DNA of 37,761 bases, taken from positions 1 to 37,761 of the forward strand of contig CAJVPI010000268.1 of the NCBI GenBank assembly GCA_910592345.1, read 5' to 3'. How positions within the stretch are numbered: the stretch's first letter is position 1; each line of letters starts with the position of its first letter. Made by a program: the position numbers and the translations under genes. Shown here piece by piece: positions 1 through 11,620 of this stretch. This DNA is from Paraglomus brasilianum. Taxonomy: Eukaryota. Below the pieces are notes generated by a model, which was not told where the DNA came from, made no database searches, and saw nothing but the letters and a program-made list of their open reading frames with translations.

Positions 1-606
1 GTTCACCTTCGCCTCCCAGTGGGGATTAGTGTCCTCCAGTATGCTCCTGATGGAGCCAACTGCCCCTGGTGTGAGAACGTAACCATTAACATCCCTCACC
101 TCTTTGAATCCTGCCCTACTGCACAACATGTATGGCAGAAGACCGAGGAATGTGCTGCCTTCCTAACACCCACTAATACCCGACATCCAATCAAACTTCT
201 CATCATACACCCCTCATCATCCCACCAGCAAACAGGGAGACTCCTACAATCAGCAGCCCTCTATACAATCTGGAAGGCATATACCCATCACGTATTTGGG
301 GGAAAACCTACCCCAACTCTCCTAGAAATCCAACAAACCCTTGCCACCCTCATACTCTCATTTCGATCCACTGCCCTAGCAGCAAAACCAGGAAATAAAC
401 CTCCCTGGCCCCCTGTCAAATCAATTATAGATTCAATAAGACTCTAACCCCTACATCCCCCTCTTTTCTTTTCATACCTTCCTCAAATACCAGTTAATAG
501 TTTTCATCTTTTAGTTCCTATTAGGCTCAAACATGTATTTCTTATGATGTGATAAAAACAGCTCTAGAGGTCCACCTTAGCTGTGCTTAATAAAGGACAC
601 ACAAAA
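1..606 (+). mobile_element. 3' end of a non-LTR retrotransposon (L1/Tx1-like LINE): ORF2 C-terminus with zf-RVT CCHC knuckle (ORF ends at 447), plus putative 3'UTR
   Basis: The ORF runs in from the window edge and contains CPWC-x8-HLF-x2-C followed by VW...LYTIWKAY, the typical zf-RVT C-terminus of L1-clade ORF2. It is C-rich and intronless. AATAAA lies at 589-594 and a short A-rich end near 603-606 abuts kinase-TPR sequence. The 3' boundary is inferred. Confidence 0.75.
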
Positions 607-1965
607 TCAATGAATTGTCATATTGTCCTAGATCACGATAGACGGCTCCCCGTTCTCCCAACGCCCATGCATCATTTGGTTCGATCTCCAACGATTTGTT
701 AAGATCATTCAGTGAATTATCGTATTGTTTTAGGCATCGATAGACAGCTCCCCGTTTCCTCAACGTCCGTGCGTCTTTTGGCGAAATCTCTAACAATTGG
801 TTAAAATCGGTCATTTCATCGCAGTACTTTAATCTCTTATAAATTGTTTCACAAGATGGCCGCTCATGCCAACATGCTGAATACAAATTAATATATTCTT
901 CAGGCGTCCCAGAAGATGGTGGATCACGACGCCCATCAAGTCTATACACAACAATAGCAGGAGTTTCAATACGCCCTTCACATGGTATCTTTCCACTGGA
1001 TATTTCCCATAGTATTACTCCAAGGCTAAATATATCGGACTTCTTTCCACGGTGATATGACGTGCTTTTGAAAGATAACGGATCCTTATATGCCGGTGTG
1101 CCTTCGTCACGCGATTTAGACATTATTTGTTCTAACACATTAGATAAACCAAAATCAGTTATCTTTGCGACACCTGATTTAATAAGAATATTACTAGAAG
1201 ACTAAATAAAGCAATACATGTAATCAGCTCAGACTTTCATAGTCAAATTCAATAAACGAACATGTGTAATAAGTACCAGGTCTTTGTGAATGATATCAAG
1301 TTCATGTAAATATTTTAACCCGTTATTGATTTCTAAGCCCAACTTATATTTGTCTTTCCAGGTCAAATCGTTGAAGTGATTGCTTAGGTATTTACGCAAA
1401 CTTCCACCGTCAGCCAGTTCAAATATCATATGATATTTATCATACTTGTCTGTATGCATTAATAGAGTAAAAAAAATAAGATGCTATTCTTGTAATTAAG
1501 TCAACAAGATTGTCATTTATTAACATGCTTTTGTAAAGCCCTAAGAAAAGAATAATGTTGGGATGATTGTTTGCTTCCTGGTGGTGTTTCAGCTAACGTG
1601 CATTTAAAATTAGTTCACACGCAAATGTATATAAAATACGACAAAAGATAATATGCAACCTCTTTCGCAAATAGTCGATGCAAATCTTCCTCACAGTCCC
1701 CATGATTATACTGAGAAAAAGTCTTCACCGCAACGGTCATACCGGAGAGAATGTTGTGCTTTTTGCATAAGATTATCTTAGTAAAGTTCCCAATACAGTT
1801 TCTCTGCTTTATCGTTGCCTTATACACCTCTCCAAATGCTCCATGACCAATACGTTTAGGGTCTAATTTTATGTCACTTTCTGGACAGCAATAGATTAAT
1901 CCTTGTTGAATGCTTGTCTCGAGCCATTCTTTGTACGAACTATTGCTATTAGATATCTGAGACAT
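587..1965 (-). CDS. Tyrosine-kinase-like (TKL) protein kinase with C-terminal TPR repeats, 3'-truncated; exons 1965-1660, 1592-1529, 1449-1277, 1201-587 (~385 aa)
   Basis: Splicing joins GHGAFGEVYKA, VAVK, KE|LKH..HPNII, FELADGGSL, IIHKDL|SSSNILI, KITDFGLS, GTPAYKDP and DIFSLGVILWE, followed by about two 34-aa TPRs (RGAVYR.L.QYDNSL.DLNKSLEIEP). Introns 1 and 3 are GT-AG. Intron 2 needs a GC donor at 1528 to keep frame. The last TPR breaks off near 607. Confidence 0.85.
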
Positions 1966-2091
1966 GATTACCAAGCCGGACTTCGAAAAATACAGCACAG
2001 TTATTAGTCACAACGTTGTGCAACTGGTGAATTAATAATACTAATATATCGTACGAGATTGATAATGTATTGGGGGACGATATCCATAGTG

Positions 2092-2518
2092 TTACAAACA
2101 TAAGGAAGCCCATGTTTAAACTTCAAACTAACTGAAGCTGCGGCCTCAAAACTTTGGCAGCAGACAGTTTACCACCAGTTTCATAAACTAATGCAGCTTT
2201 ATTTTATTTACATTACGAAAAAAAATTTTTTTTTTTTTTGAAAACCCAGGTTTTAAAAAATTCTAATAAGCGAACTGACGTTTATGTCAATAAAAACGAA
2301 TGGTATTGTACGATTATTTGCGTACACGGGGCACCCTTTTATCAAAGGCTTAATATAGAACTATAATAGTCATTGAAATTGGACACTAATAATAAACATT
2401 AAAATAAACATACGAAAGTTAAAAAAACAAAGCTTTATTTCTGGTTACTATCAAAAAATGATCGGCAATGGATCGGCAAAGATGGAAATTTAATATAGGG
2501 CTTCCCTTGTGTTTGTAA
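2092..2518. mobile_element. MITE-like segment bounded by ~33-bp imperfect inverted repeats
   Basis: TTACAAACATAAGGAAGCCCATGTTTAAACTTC (2092-2124) matches the reverse complement of 2485-2518 (TTACAAACACAAGGGAAGCCCTATATTAAATTTC). The interior is non-coding and AT-rich. No TSD identified. Confidence 0.5.
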
Positions 2519-2539
2519 ATCGTACGCCCATTATAGCAT

Positions 2540-2890
2540 CTCTAAATCCGGATTCACTGAAAAGTTTTAATTGGAGGGGGGAAGTATCATTTAATTTTCC
2601 ATAAATGTAAATTTGTACACTTTTGTACTACGAAATGAAAACGATTGGAGGAAAAGGATCAATTAATACTCGGATTCTTGGTTGTTATCTTAGTGCTGAA
2701 AATCGAGTTCGCATCTTCGGATAATCAAGCCAATCGGTATTCAAATCGTACTTGATATTCTGGGTCAATTCATTGCACACACATTGGCAACAGTTACTCT
2801 TAACAAACATATAAGCTTCATGAGCATTGGATTCTTGGTTGTTGTCTTAGTATTAATTGACGACTAAAATTGGTTTCACGTTTTCGAGAT
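2540..2890 (+). repeat. Dispersed non-coding repeat family, copy 1 (homologous to 14260-14824 and, inverted, to 13437-13521)
   Basis: Shared blocks CGGATTCACTGA, GTACACTTTTGT(A/G)CTACGAAATGA and TCAATTAATAC, plus GATTCTTGGTTGTT twice per copy (about 2672 and 2829; about 14311 and 14486). Confidence 0.8.
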
Positions 2891-4717
2891 CATTATAATA
2901 TACATTTTATGCAGTATACACCATGCGTCCCAATTTCTCAATACACTATCGTGGTGTGAAGGTAATAATGAAAGAGGTTAGTCAGAAGCACGTTCTTCAT
3001 AACTCTTCATGACTAGTAATGCAACTTGTTCTCGCAAGGTACTATAATGGCCTGCTAACAGACTAGTCTCAGACTTCGCATTACACTTGTCAGCTTCGCG
3101 AGGCGGCTGCGCTCCCTCACCGCGACAGTAGGGCCCTGTAGTGTCGATGCATAATGATGAGGCCACCGACTTAGTCAACTTTATTATACTACAGTACTTA
3201 AGTATATCTTTATAATTTTATCTCTAAGATCGGACATTGTCATAACTAATTATTTCTTTAGATAATAATTTCCTTCTTGCTAGACGAATGATTTTACTAT
3301 TGCTAGACGACGTTGACTATTATATTTCATAATTCGTGTTTCGTAGTACACTTATTCGCAGACTTACATTGGGATCGTGTCTCGAATATATTTTAGGCAA
3401 CAGATATATTCTCCATCGGCCTTTCTATGCTATCCGTAATAATTATAAAATATATAAACAACTAAATAAGGATTACAACTAATCGCTCTCTTAATGGCCT
3501 ATTAATTTCGTTAATATATTTTAGGGAATTAATAACATCACTGTTTCAATACTCTACTAACATTTTGGCATAAGTCACCTCCCTCATTGACGAAATAATA
3601 TTTTAACTTGAACAGAATAACGATAAATTTACAATAACAATAAGTTATAATAACGTATTTACAATTAATGCATTAATTTACAATAACGATAAATGGACAA
3701 TAACGATGGATTCACAATAGCTTTTGTTGTATATTACAAGTATCAACCTTCTAACGAGTATATTAAACTCAGTGTTATACATCGTCTTTATTATTACGAA
3801 CGCCTTTTCTGTATTAAACATAAGGTCTTGTAATCGTAATCTTCTAAATTAAACACTTCTCACGCTTCCCTTATTAGTCGCCAAGATGTTACAACAAAGC
3901 ATTGATAGACGAATACTCTGCTACTTGTCTTATTAATCGCGAAGAACTTATATGCTATACAAAGTGTCAATCCAGAGAATAATATAATAACCGAATACTT
4001 TTCATATTAATCGCCATGATTTATAACGAAATAATTATTCCGCAACATGTCTTATTAGTCACTAGGGAATAATTCTTACATCAAAGTATTGGTAGAGAAA
4101 AAAATAATACAACATTTCCAATAATCAATAACGGATATTAATATTTCGTTATTACAAGAAATGAAGCCACCCCAGGGAAGTGTTACCTTCAGCAGTAACC
4201 AACTTATTTTTCCGCCTGGGATATAATGAATTATATATCACCATTCGAATTCATCACTCTAGTACTCAATTTCTTTCCCAGACGTCTTGCTCGCGAACTA
4301 TCACTATTTACGAAAGTTGGTGTTCGAAATCCAAGCTATACATACATGAGTTTCACCAAATCGTCACCCGATCCAAAATACGGGAGTGAATTTCGACCAA
4401 TCAAATAATTCCGTAGTAAATAGCAAAATCGGCTTTACCCATATACATAATATATGTACTTAATAAACAAAGTAGCAATAATGAAAAAAGTTGTTCAAAG
4501 TCAGAACTATTTAGAGTTTAGTTCTTTCTTGCTTATCTCCAAAAACTGTAAAGAATCAGATATTAAAGCTCCTATGTGTAGTCAGTACGTCTTGTGTTAC
4601 GGCAGAAGGGTTAGTTGCTAATCGTTCGAATGCCGCAGTTTTATGTTACACAAAAAAGTATCATAGGAAATCGCAAGTCAATCAAAATGTTCAGTGACTG
4701 AACGCTTTCCTGCGGCA

Positions 4718-7700
4718 ATGAACACCATCGTAAACCTAGGTATTTTTCCTAAAATTGTATCTAAGTTGATGGAACAAGGACTCACATCAGTGGATGCACA
4801 AATTGAGGAACTGTTAAGGAACATACAACATCCAGAAAAACTCTATGCTCTCAAATACATTCTTGAGCATGAAGGAAATTCAGTGTCAGTAAAGATGTTG
4901 GAAACAGCTATGAAGAGCCTGTATTCTCAAGAACCTGATGGTCCGTTTCATAAAGAACACCTATTACATCGGAATGGCGATTAAGAATTGTGATAGCTAT
5001 TTTGGAGCAAATGTTCCATCATGAATGTCAATTTTCAAGCCAATTTATTGACAAGGTAAAAATGGTCCCTTCTGTGTACAAGATGAATGAAAGAATTTGG
5101 AAATCTGAATTTAATAAATCAAATGAAAATGTCAGAAGTTTTAATAACAATTGTGACAATAGATATCTTCTCAAGCTTATTAAGAATATATTAAATAGTC
5201 TTTGTGGAGATGACAATCAACAGCAAACAAGTATAAATAGAATTACCTCAGTATTGAAGGCTTTATTTAAAATGACAACAGAAGGTGGAATGCCAACTTT
5301 TGACTTTGACATAGGGAGATCAATGAAATGTCTGGCAGAAGTATTTCCAGTTAAATCATCAGGCAAGCCATGGTATACAACTTGGAAAAGGCTTATTATG
5401 TTACAAGACAGTCTTGACCAATGGTGCCAAGTAGAATCTGTGATCTCAACAAGTTTTAAAGAAAGAGTGCTTCTTGAATACCTCTGGTATCATATCAGTT
5501 TATGTTACTCTGATAATGCAACAGAGAATGAAAATGTTAGTGATGAACTCTGGTTTGGCATTTTAGATACTATTCAGCAACTTGTCCTAAAAACCTTTTC
5601 CATGACTATACAAGCCATTTGCTATTACATAGCATTAGACTCATTGGATAAGGCAGTCACTGAATTTATTCAATTTAAAGCAATTGAAGTGTTGCTGAGA
5701 CTTGAAGCCAAAAATAATGAATTGTTTGCTACTACATCAGATGATATTGCCAGTCACGATGAAAACTTTGCACCAAGACTGGTGGAAATTTACTATTACT
5801 TGAAAGAGAAACTGAAAGTTGAATCAAACATGATTTCAAATTGCATGCCAGACATAACAGTGATAAATATTCAAAATAACAAACAACAAGGCAAGGGTAA
5901 AGGAAAATGTGATAAGAGTCCAATTGACTATATTACAGAAGATCTCACATGCACAATTACCTATAAAATAGTTGATGGCATATGTCAGCTTAGTTGTCAA
6001 CATTTGATTAGTTTAACTGTTTTAGTGTCATCAGCAAAACTCAGATGCCCTTATTGTAGGACTGAAGTTAGAAAGAATGAAGTATATTACTTACCACAAC
6101 AGACCATATACAACAAGATTCAGCACTATATTACAGAGACTGATGATCAAGATTTCTGGAATTTCAGCACCAAAAACAATGCATTTACAGAAATACTTGA
6201 TGAGTATCATGATATTAAAAAACAAAAAGGAAAGGAGAGAATGAGAAAGCATGATTCCAAATTTATTTGGAGTTCAATCTGGAAGTCAATAACAACACCA
6301 AATACAAACAAATTACTTCAAAAGGCAAAAATTGCACATAACATTGGGGACTTGGAAAAGGCTTTAAACATCTACACACAGATATTACAAGCTAGTTCCA
6401 CAAATTACCCAGCTCTACATAATAGAGCACTCATCAAGTTGGGAATGGGAAATTTTGAAAAAGCTTTGTTTGATATTGAGACAGCAATTGAAGTGAACAA
6501 TATTTATGATGATATTTGGTACTTGAGCTTAAAGGCACATTTGAGTCTTGCAGATAAGAAGAAAGTTGAAAAGGATATAAGACATATTAATTCTATATAT
6601 TACCAAGAATTGGCTTTTAAACTAATTTATGAATTTGTAAACAAACTTGAGCATTTTGATATGGAATGGTTTAAAATTCTTGTGGATAGTTGCTCTATGA
6701 CGGCAATGCATAGTTTGGATGATGTCAATCAATGGCAATCATTGTGTCAATATCAGTTTGAAACAGATGCTTACACCAGATGGTACAATACTGCTGAAAT
6801 TTGGTATAACAAGCACAACAACCCTACACATAATTATCGGGGCATAGATGCATTTTTTGAAAAAGTTTATTATATGCATAAAAGTAAATTTTGCATTCAA
6901 TCTGCTTGATTTTTATTTATTATTAGTATATTAATTAATTTATATTTATTAGATCATCTGAAAGCACATTTTGTGTTTGAATGTCATGTTGAAGACCCAT
7001 ATAATAATAGATGCTCTCTGTAAGTAATTTATAATAACTATTGTTCATTATGCCAAAAATCAGATTAAACTGAAACAGAAGATATTAGATATGAGTAAAA
7101 AGTTTGTGGCCTAAAAATCATGTAAATGCTGGGTTGCCTCAAGAAACAAAGGCTAACATTATAGACACTTAAAGTTTCATTTTAATCTGATTTATTTAAT
7201 CTGTCCATATTTATTATAAAATATTACTAACACTTATTAATAGTGAACGGGATTATTTATCAGTTGATTCATTTAATAAGGTAAGTGTTTAGTTATCAAT
7301 ACAAGTTGTATAACATGGTTTTATGACTAACAAGAAATTATATATTAAGGTGACAGTACCCATATTCCAAGTACCTCCAAATAATTACAAACTCAGCATT
7401 TTGTTATTCAATAGATGGAAGTTGACATTGGTAATTATAGTAAGTATTGATAGGTATTTTTGATTTTAGTCATGATAAAAGATATATAATATAGGCATTT
7501 GATTTTGTAGATAAAAACATCTGCTGAGAAAACACGATATCATATGGATATTGAAGATGGAGCCGGCTTGACTGAATACATTTTACCCTGCGCGGTTAAC
7601 ATTTTGTCCGAAGATGACATTATTATTGAAATTGCTATCAGTGGTGTAAGTATTAGTATAGTTTATTTAGTCATTGATTAGTGTATGTGTATTCAATACT

Positions 7701-7877
7701 AACTCTATCTTACATTAGGTATATATACATCTTCATTGGTTCTGTTTATATTCTGAAGAAAAATTGCAGACTTTGGAAAGTAAGTTTACAATCAAAACAC
7801 TTCCAACGGGTGTAAAAAAACTAGAATATAAACAATTTTATCATCTGAACCAATACATGTTAGAAGGTTATGTATGA
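4718..7877 (+). CDS. Large helical-domain + degenerate RING/U-box + TPR protein with beta-rich C-terminal domain (~880 aa); exons ~4718-6883, 6953-7019, 7244-7280, 7350-7439, 7511-7645, 7719-7877; one frameshift near 4951-4956 (possible pseudogene or sequence error)
   Basis: ORFs 4694-4984 and 4990-6909 join if one A is added in CATAAAGAAC (FHK-RTPITSEWRLRIV). DLTCTIT...LSCQHLIS...CPYC is RING/U-box-like. GDLEKALNIYTQIL..ALHNRALIKLGMGNFEKALFDIETAIEVN gives 2-3 TPRs. Five downstream GT-AG introns are phase-compatible and give a stop-free frame to TGA at 7875-7877. The start codon is uncertain. Confidence 0.75.
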
Positions 7878-8569
7878 ATATTACTATCTAGACTATACGT
7901 AACGGTAGCTGTCTAAATGAGCATATTGATTCTTCCTTTTTGTAAGTATTATTCAACATTATTATTTACGCACCAAATATATCTTTTACATGCGGTAATA
8001 TAAACGCATGCCTCATCACTAAAGAAGTCGTACAGTAATCTTTCTTTTATCTGTTCTGTCTATTCTCCGATTTTCCCGTGAGGTCAACTGTTCCGGTGGA
8101 AATTTATTGTATAGCCGATTACATTCAAAAGTTTAAAGAGGCAAAATTGTCCGCCACTTTGTCTATCGATAATTTGACAGTTATCTGAAAGTTTCTACTT
8201 TATTACACGTATTTCCTTATATTTTCTAATACTTTTTAATGCCATTGTTCCGAAATCTTGTTATACGCTTTTATTAATACACATGTAAAAAGAGCTGAGT
8301 AGCCAATTTACTAGTTGCCTCCAAGTTAAAATGTATATTCTGTTGTCAATTTAAAGATAGACCCAATGTGAGAAAAGCAAAAGGATTGTAAAAAGTTCTT
8401 TAGGTGCTTAATTTGTATTAGCATGGGATTTTACTAATAAACACATAAAAAATATAGACATCAATACGAAAAGGCTTCTTTGCAAACCATTATATTGTTG
8501 ACAGCCAGCCAATGACATCTTAAGGATATCAGCAAAAATGTAATGAGAAACAAAAATTGTGCTTAATAC

Positions 8570-9373
8570 TGTTGGATCGCCACACGTGGAGAGCGTTCGT
8601 GTAACGATCTTGGGGATTTAGTCGTCTTCCGGCGGCGGAGCTCTTAGGCTCGTTCCTACTACTACTATCGTTAAATCGCTATCCAATTAGTAACCTTATA
8701 GGATTTATCAATACTCACGGACTTAATTCGACTAATACGCTTGCTCTGGACACTATCCAACCTCTGAATCACACACTCGATTATGATTCGCTAACGAAAA
8801 TCTATCAGTTGTGGAATTCTTCAGTAATAGTAACGCGTTAATAATAATCCTGATGCCTAAGTTCCGATAAGTTTGATGGCAAGATCAAACTTATTAACCG
8901 CTAATCGAGAAAGCGTTTTACCCTTAATCAGCGATTCGGTAAAACTCACCAGGGAATGAACGAAAATAACAACTTATATTAATTACAGATTTATTAGAAT
9001 TCAAAGAGCTATTCTAATTACAAGGATTATAACGATGAGGACAAATAGATTAAATATGCCGAGGATGCGCTCAAGACATGTTGAAAGTGCTGAAGATTAT
9101 ATTTACTAAGGGAAATTATGACTGCTTATATATCTAACTCGTTTCACTATTTGACACCCATCAAATTTCGATATATCGGGAAATATTAACTGGGCAATTA
9201 AACTGACATCATATTTCGATATATCGGGTCATCTATATTTTTATTTATAACTGACGCTAAATCTATTCCGATGCGGTCGAATCTTGTGTACCAAATATGT
9301 GTATTCGCTGTGCCACTTGAATTTTTGTACCACTGAGTGAGCACTTTTTATACCTAGCTTGGCCCACCCAACA
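8570..9373. mobile_element. Solo-LTR-like repeat (804 bp, TGTTGG...CCAACA)
   Basis: TG...CA ends with a 6-bp inverted repeat, an internal TATA-like element on the minus strand (~9125-9133), and a diverged inverted homolog at ~36925-37340. Flanks AATAC and AAGAT do not form a TSD. Confidence 0.55.
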
Positions 9374-10899
9374 AAGATAGCAAATTATTTGATAAAAGAA
9401 GCGAATTTATATTGATGTTGCTTTTCTATTATTTCTCCTAGCAAACCCGAAACAATGGATCTTTTGCTTACTCTTCTAGATTGCAAATAACGACATAATG
9501 TTTAGTCAAAAATATTTTCTCTGATATAATGTTATTGCTATTACTGATTTCCTTCAGTTTCGCTATTAAACTTAATTTGTTCTTAATATTAAGTAGAAAA
9601 AGCGAAAGTAGCCTGACTATTGATTTGGCAGTTGTGTGGTGACCCCCACGAGTTTGACACCAAAAAGATAAGATAACAAATAAACAATCATAGAAACGTT
9701 GAAAGATATATAATGGTTATATTAAAATGGACAAGTGAAAGTAATTGCTTATGTAGTCAACATTGATGGCAGGCTCTTTTTTGGAATATTTTTATAGTAT
9801 TGAATTATCGCAATTTGAAATTAGTCGTAATACATTCGTTACTGCCAAGCTTATTTTAATTTTGTAATGAATTGGCCAGAAAGCTATCATTTCCTTGTTA
9901 GCTTGTAAGTGATACTTCATAGACTTTCTTATTTCCACGTCTATATTCTTCAAATAAGAATAATAATGACAATTTTGAATTCGGTTAACTGGATTCCATA
10001 TACAGAAGGATAGTCCGCAGCAAATTAATTTGTACAATCTCAGCAGCAGTTAAGCAACACTAGATTGGAATTATCTTCATCGGCAGTACTAGTACACCTG
10101 ATTTAGCTAAATTCCTTGCTAAAATAAATGCATTGTTTTACGCCAATTTATCAGTATTAGCGAAACTATTGGGTTCCTAGTCATAGCGCATCCTATTTTT
10201 AATTTCTCAAGAAATAGTTTAATTTAATGTCTTTACTAGATAGTGAGGAGCGGGCTTCATAAATTAGAATATACTGTATCCACTAAAAATTTAAATGCCA
10301 ATGTCATGGGCTTACTGAGGGTCTGTTCCGAGAACAATATTAAGGCCTTCACCATTCACATGCATAAAAAATCGTTACTAAATACGTTTGTATCCTGACA
10401 CATCGAGTGCAGGTGATTTATTCTAGACTCTCCTTTGATTGCGAGGGTATAAAGGATAATTATCCAAAGCCTCTAATAATAAGTACCATAACAACATCCA
10501 ATTATTGTTTTCTAATCTTAAATGAAATTGACATTAATGATACAAATACAGCATGTAACAATAATTAAGAAGATAGGTAAAAATAATGATTACGGTCGGT
10601 GAACAGTAAACAAAAGAAAACCTCTTTGTCATTATTTTCTTGAACATCACTAAAAATATGTACAAATTTTGTGGCTACGAAACCAATAAAATAAAAGTAT
10701 GCAAAGAGAAAAGATCTAGAGCCTAACTAAGAGCACTCTTATACGATCTTCCGTATTGGCAAGCGTATTGCTACCACCAGAGATTTTCCTACCTTGGAAC
10801 AGTTCAAACACTACGGCTTGAAATTATTATGATGCCCGGTGATGTTAATGATGGCGATGGTGTCAATTTTTACGTCTAGACTTTGGTGTAGGTTTTTGG

Positions 10900-11396
10900 T
10901 CAATCAGCGAAATTCCAAGTAATTTGAATGCGGCCATCAGACAAGGAAGCTATTTTTTTAAACGCCTTAGGACTCAAGTCGAGATCGCCGGGCTTGCATC
11001 CTTCACATCTATCAACGAGGGTAATAATGACAGAACCTTTAGGCCCATTAACTGATACTCGACGACCGCAAAAGGGAGAATTGTTGGGGTTTGGGGGATT
11101 GCCAAATCGATGTGCGCTCTGATTTGGAGTAAAAAAAATATGAATATGAGAATGTTTACAGAAGACCATTGTGAACATTGCTAAGCAAGTCTTTGGCGTC
11201 GTATTGTGATTAATTAATTACTTACTATTGCACCAACAAATTGATTGTCATTATTGGTTTTTCCACAAGCACCAAGGCCGACTGAATAAAACGTGGCCTG
11301 GCCGGCGAATCTTTTGTGTAGCAATGGAGCTGCCTGAATGCTACTGATTATTCCGAAAATGACGAGAAAACATAAAAGAATGGTTGACCTAATCAT
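10900..11396 (-). CDS. Secreted RlpA-like double-psi beta-barrel (expansin/loosenin-like) protein, 129 aa; exons 11396-11226 and 11118-10900
   Basis: Signal peptide MIRSTILLCFLVIFGIISSIQA, Kex2-type KR site, GQATFYSVGLGACG, FVGAI|SAHRF, NSPFCGRRV, and VDRCEGCKPGDLDLSPKAF..ITW. Phase-0 GTAAGT...CAG intron. Confidence 0.93.
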
Positions 11397-11609
11397 TTCG
11401 AAGCGATTGAAAGAGAGGAGTATAAGGGTGATTCTAAAAATGACGTATGATTTGAGTAGTGGATATATTGTTAAGTCTTCTTATCAATAAGAGACTTCTA
11501 AAGAGACGTTCAAAAGAATGATTAATCTCTTTCAATGCAATGATAAACCACACAGGTTCGGGAAAGGTCAAATTTTTAAGAAACAAAACCACCTCACTCA
11601 AGCATCTCG

Positions 11610-11620
11610 GTTTATATATG
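11610..11620 (-). promoter_or_regulatory. Putative TATA box of the expansin-like gene
   Basis: CATATATAAAC on the minus strand, about 215 bp upstream of the ATG at 11396. Confidence 0.4.

Noticed and set aside
3870..4065. Recurring TATTA(G/A)TC motifs as a CRISPR-like array
   Set aside because: The repeats are short, degenerate and irregularly spaced, the context is eukaryotic, and there are no cas genes.
4982..4992. Stop-codon readthrough or selenocysteine linking the two RING-gene ORFs
   Set aside because: The stop is TAA and the two ORFs are in different frames, so a frameshift is needed.
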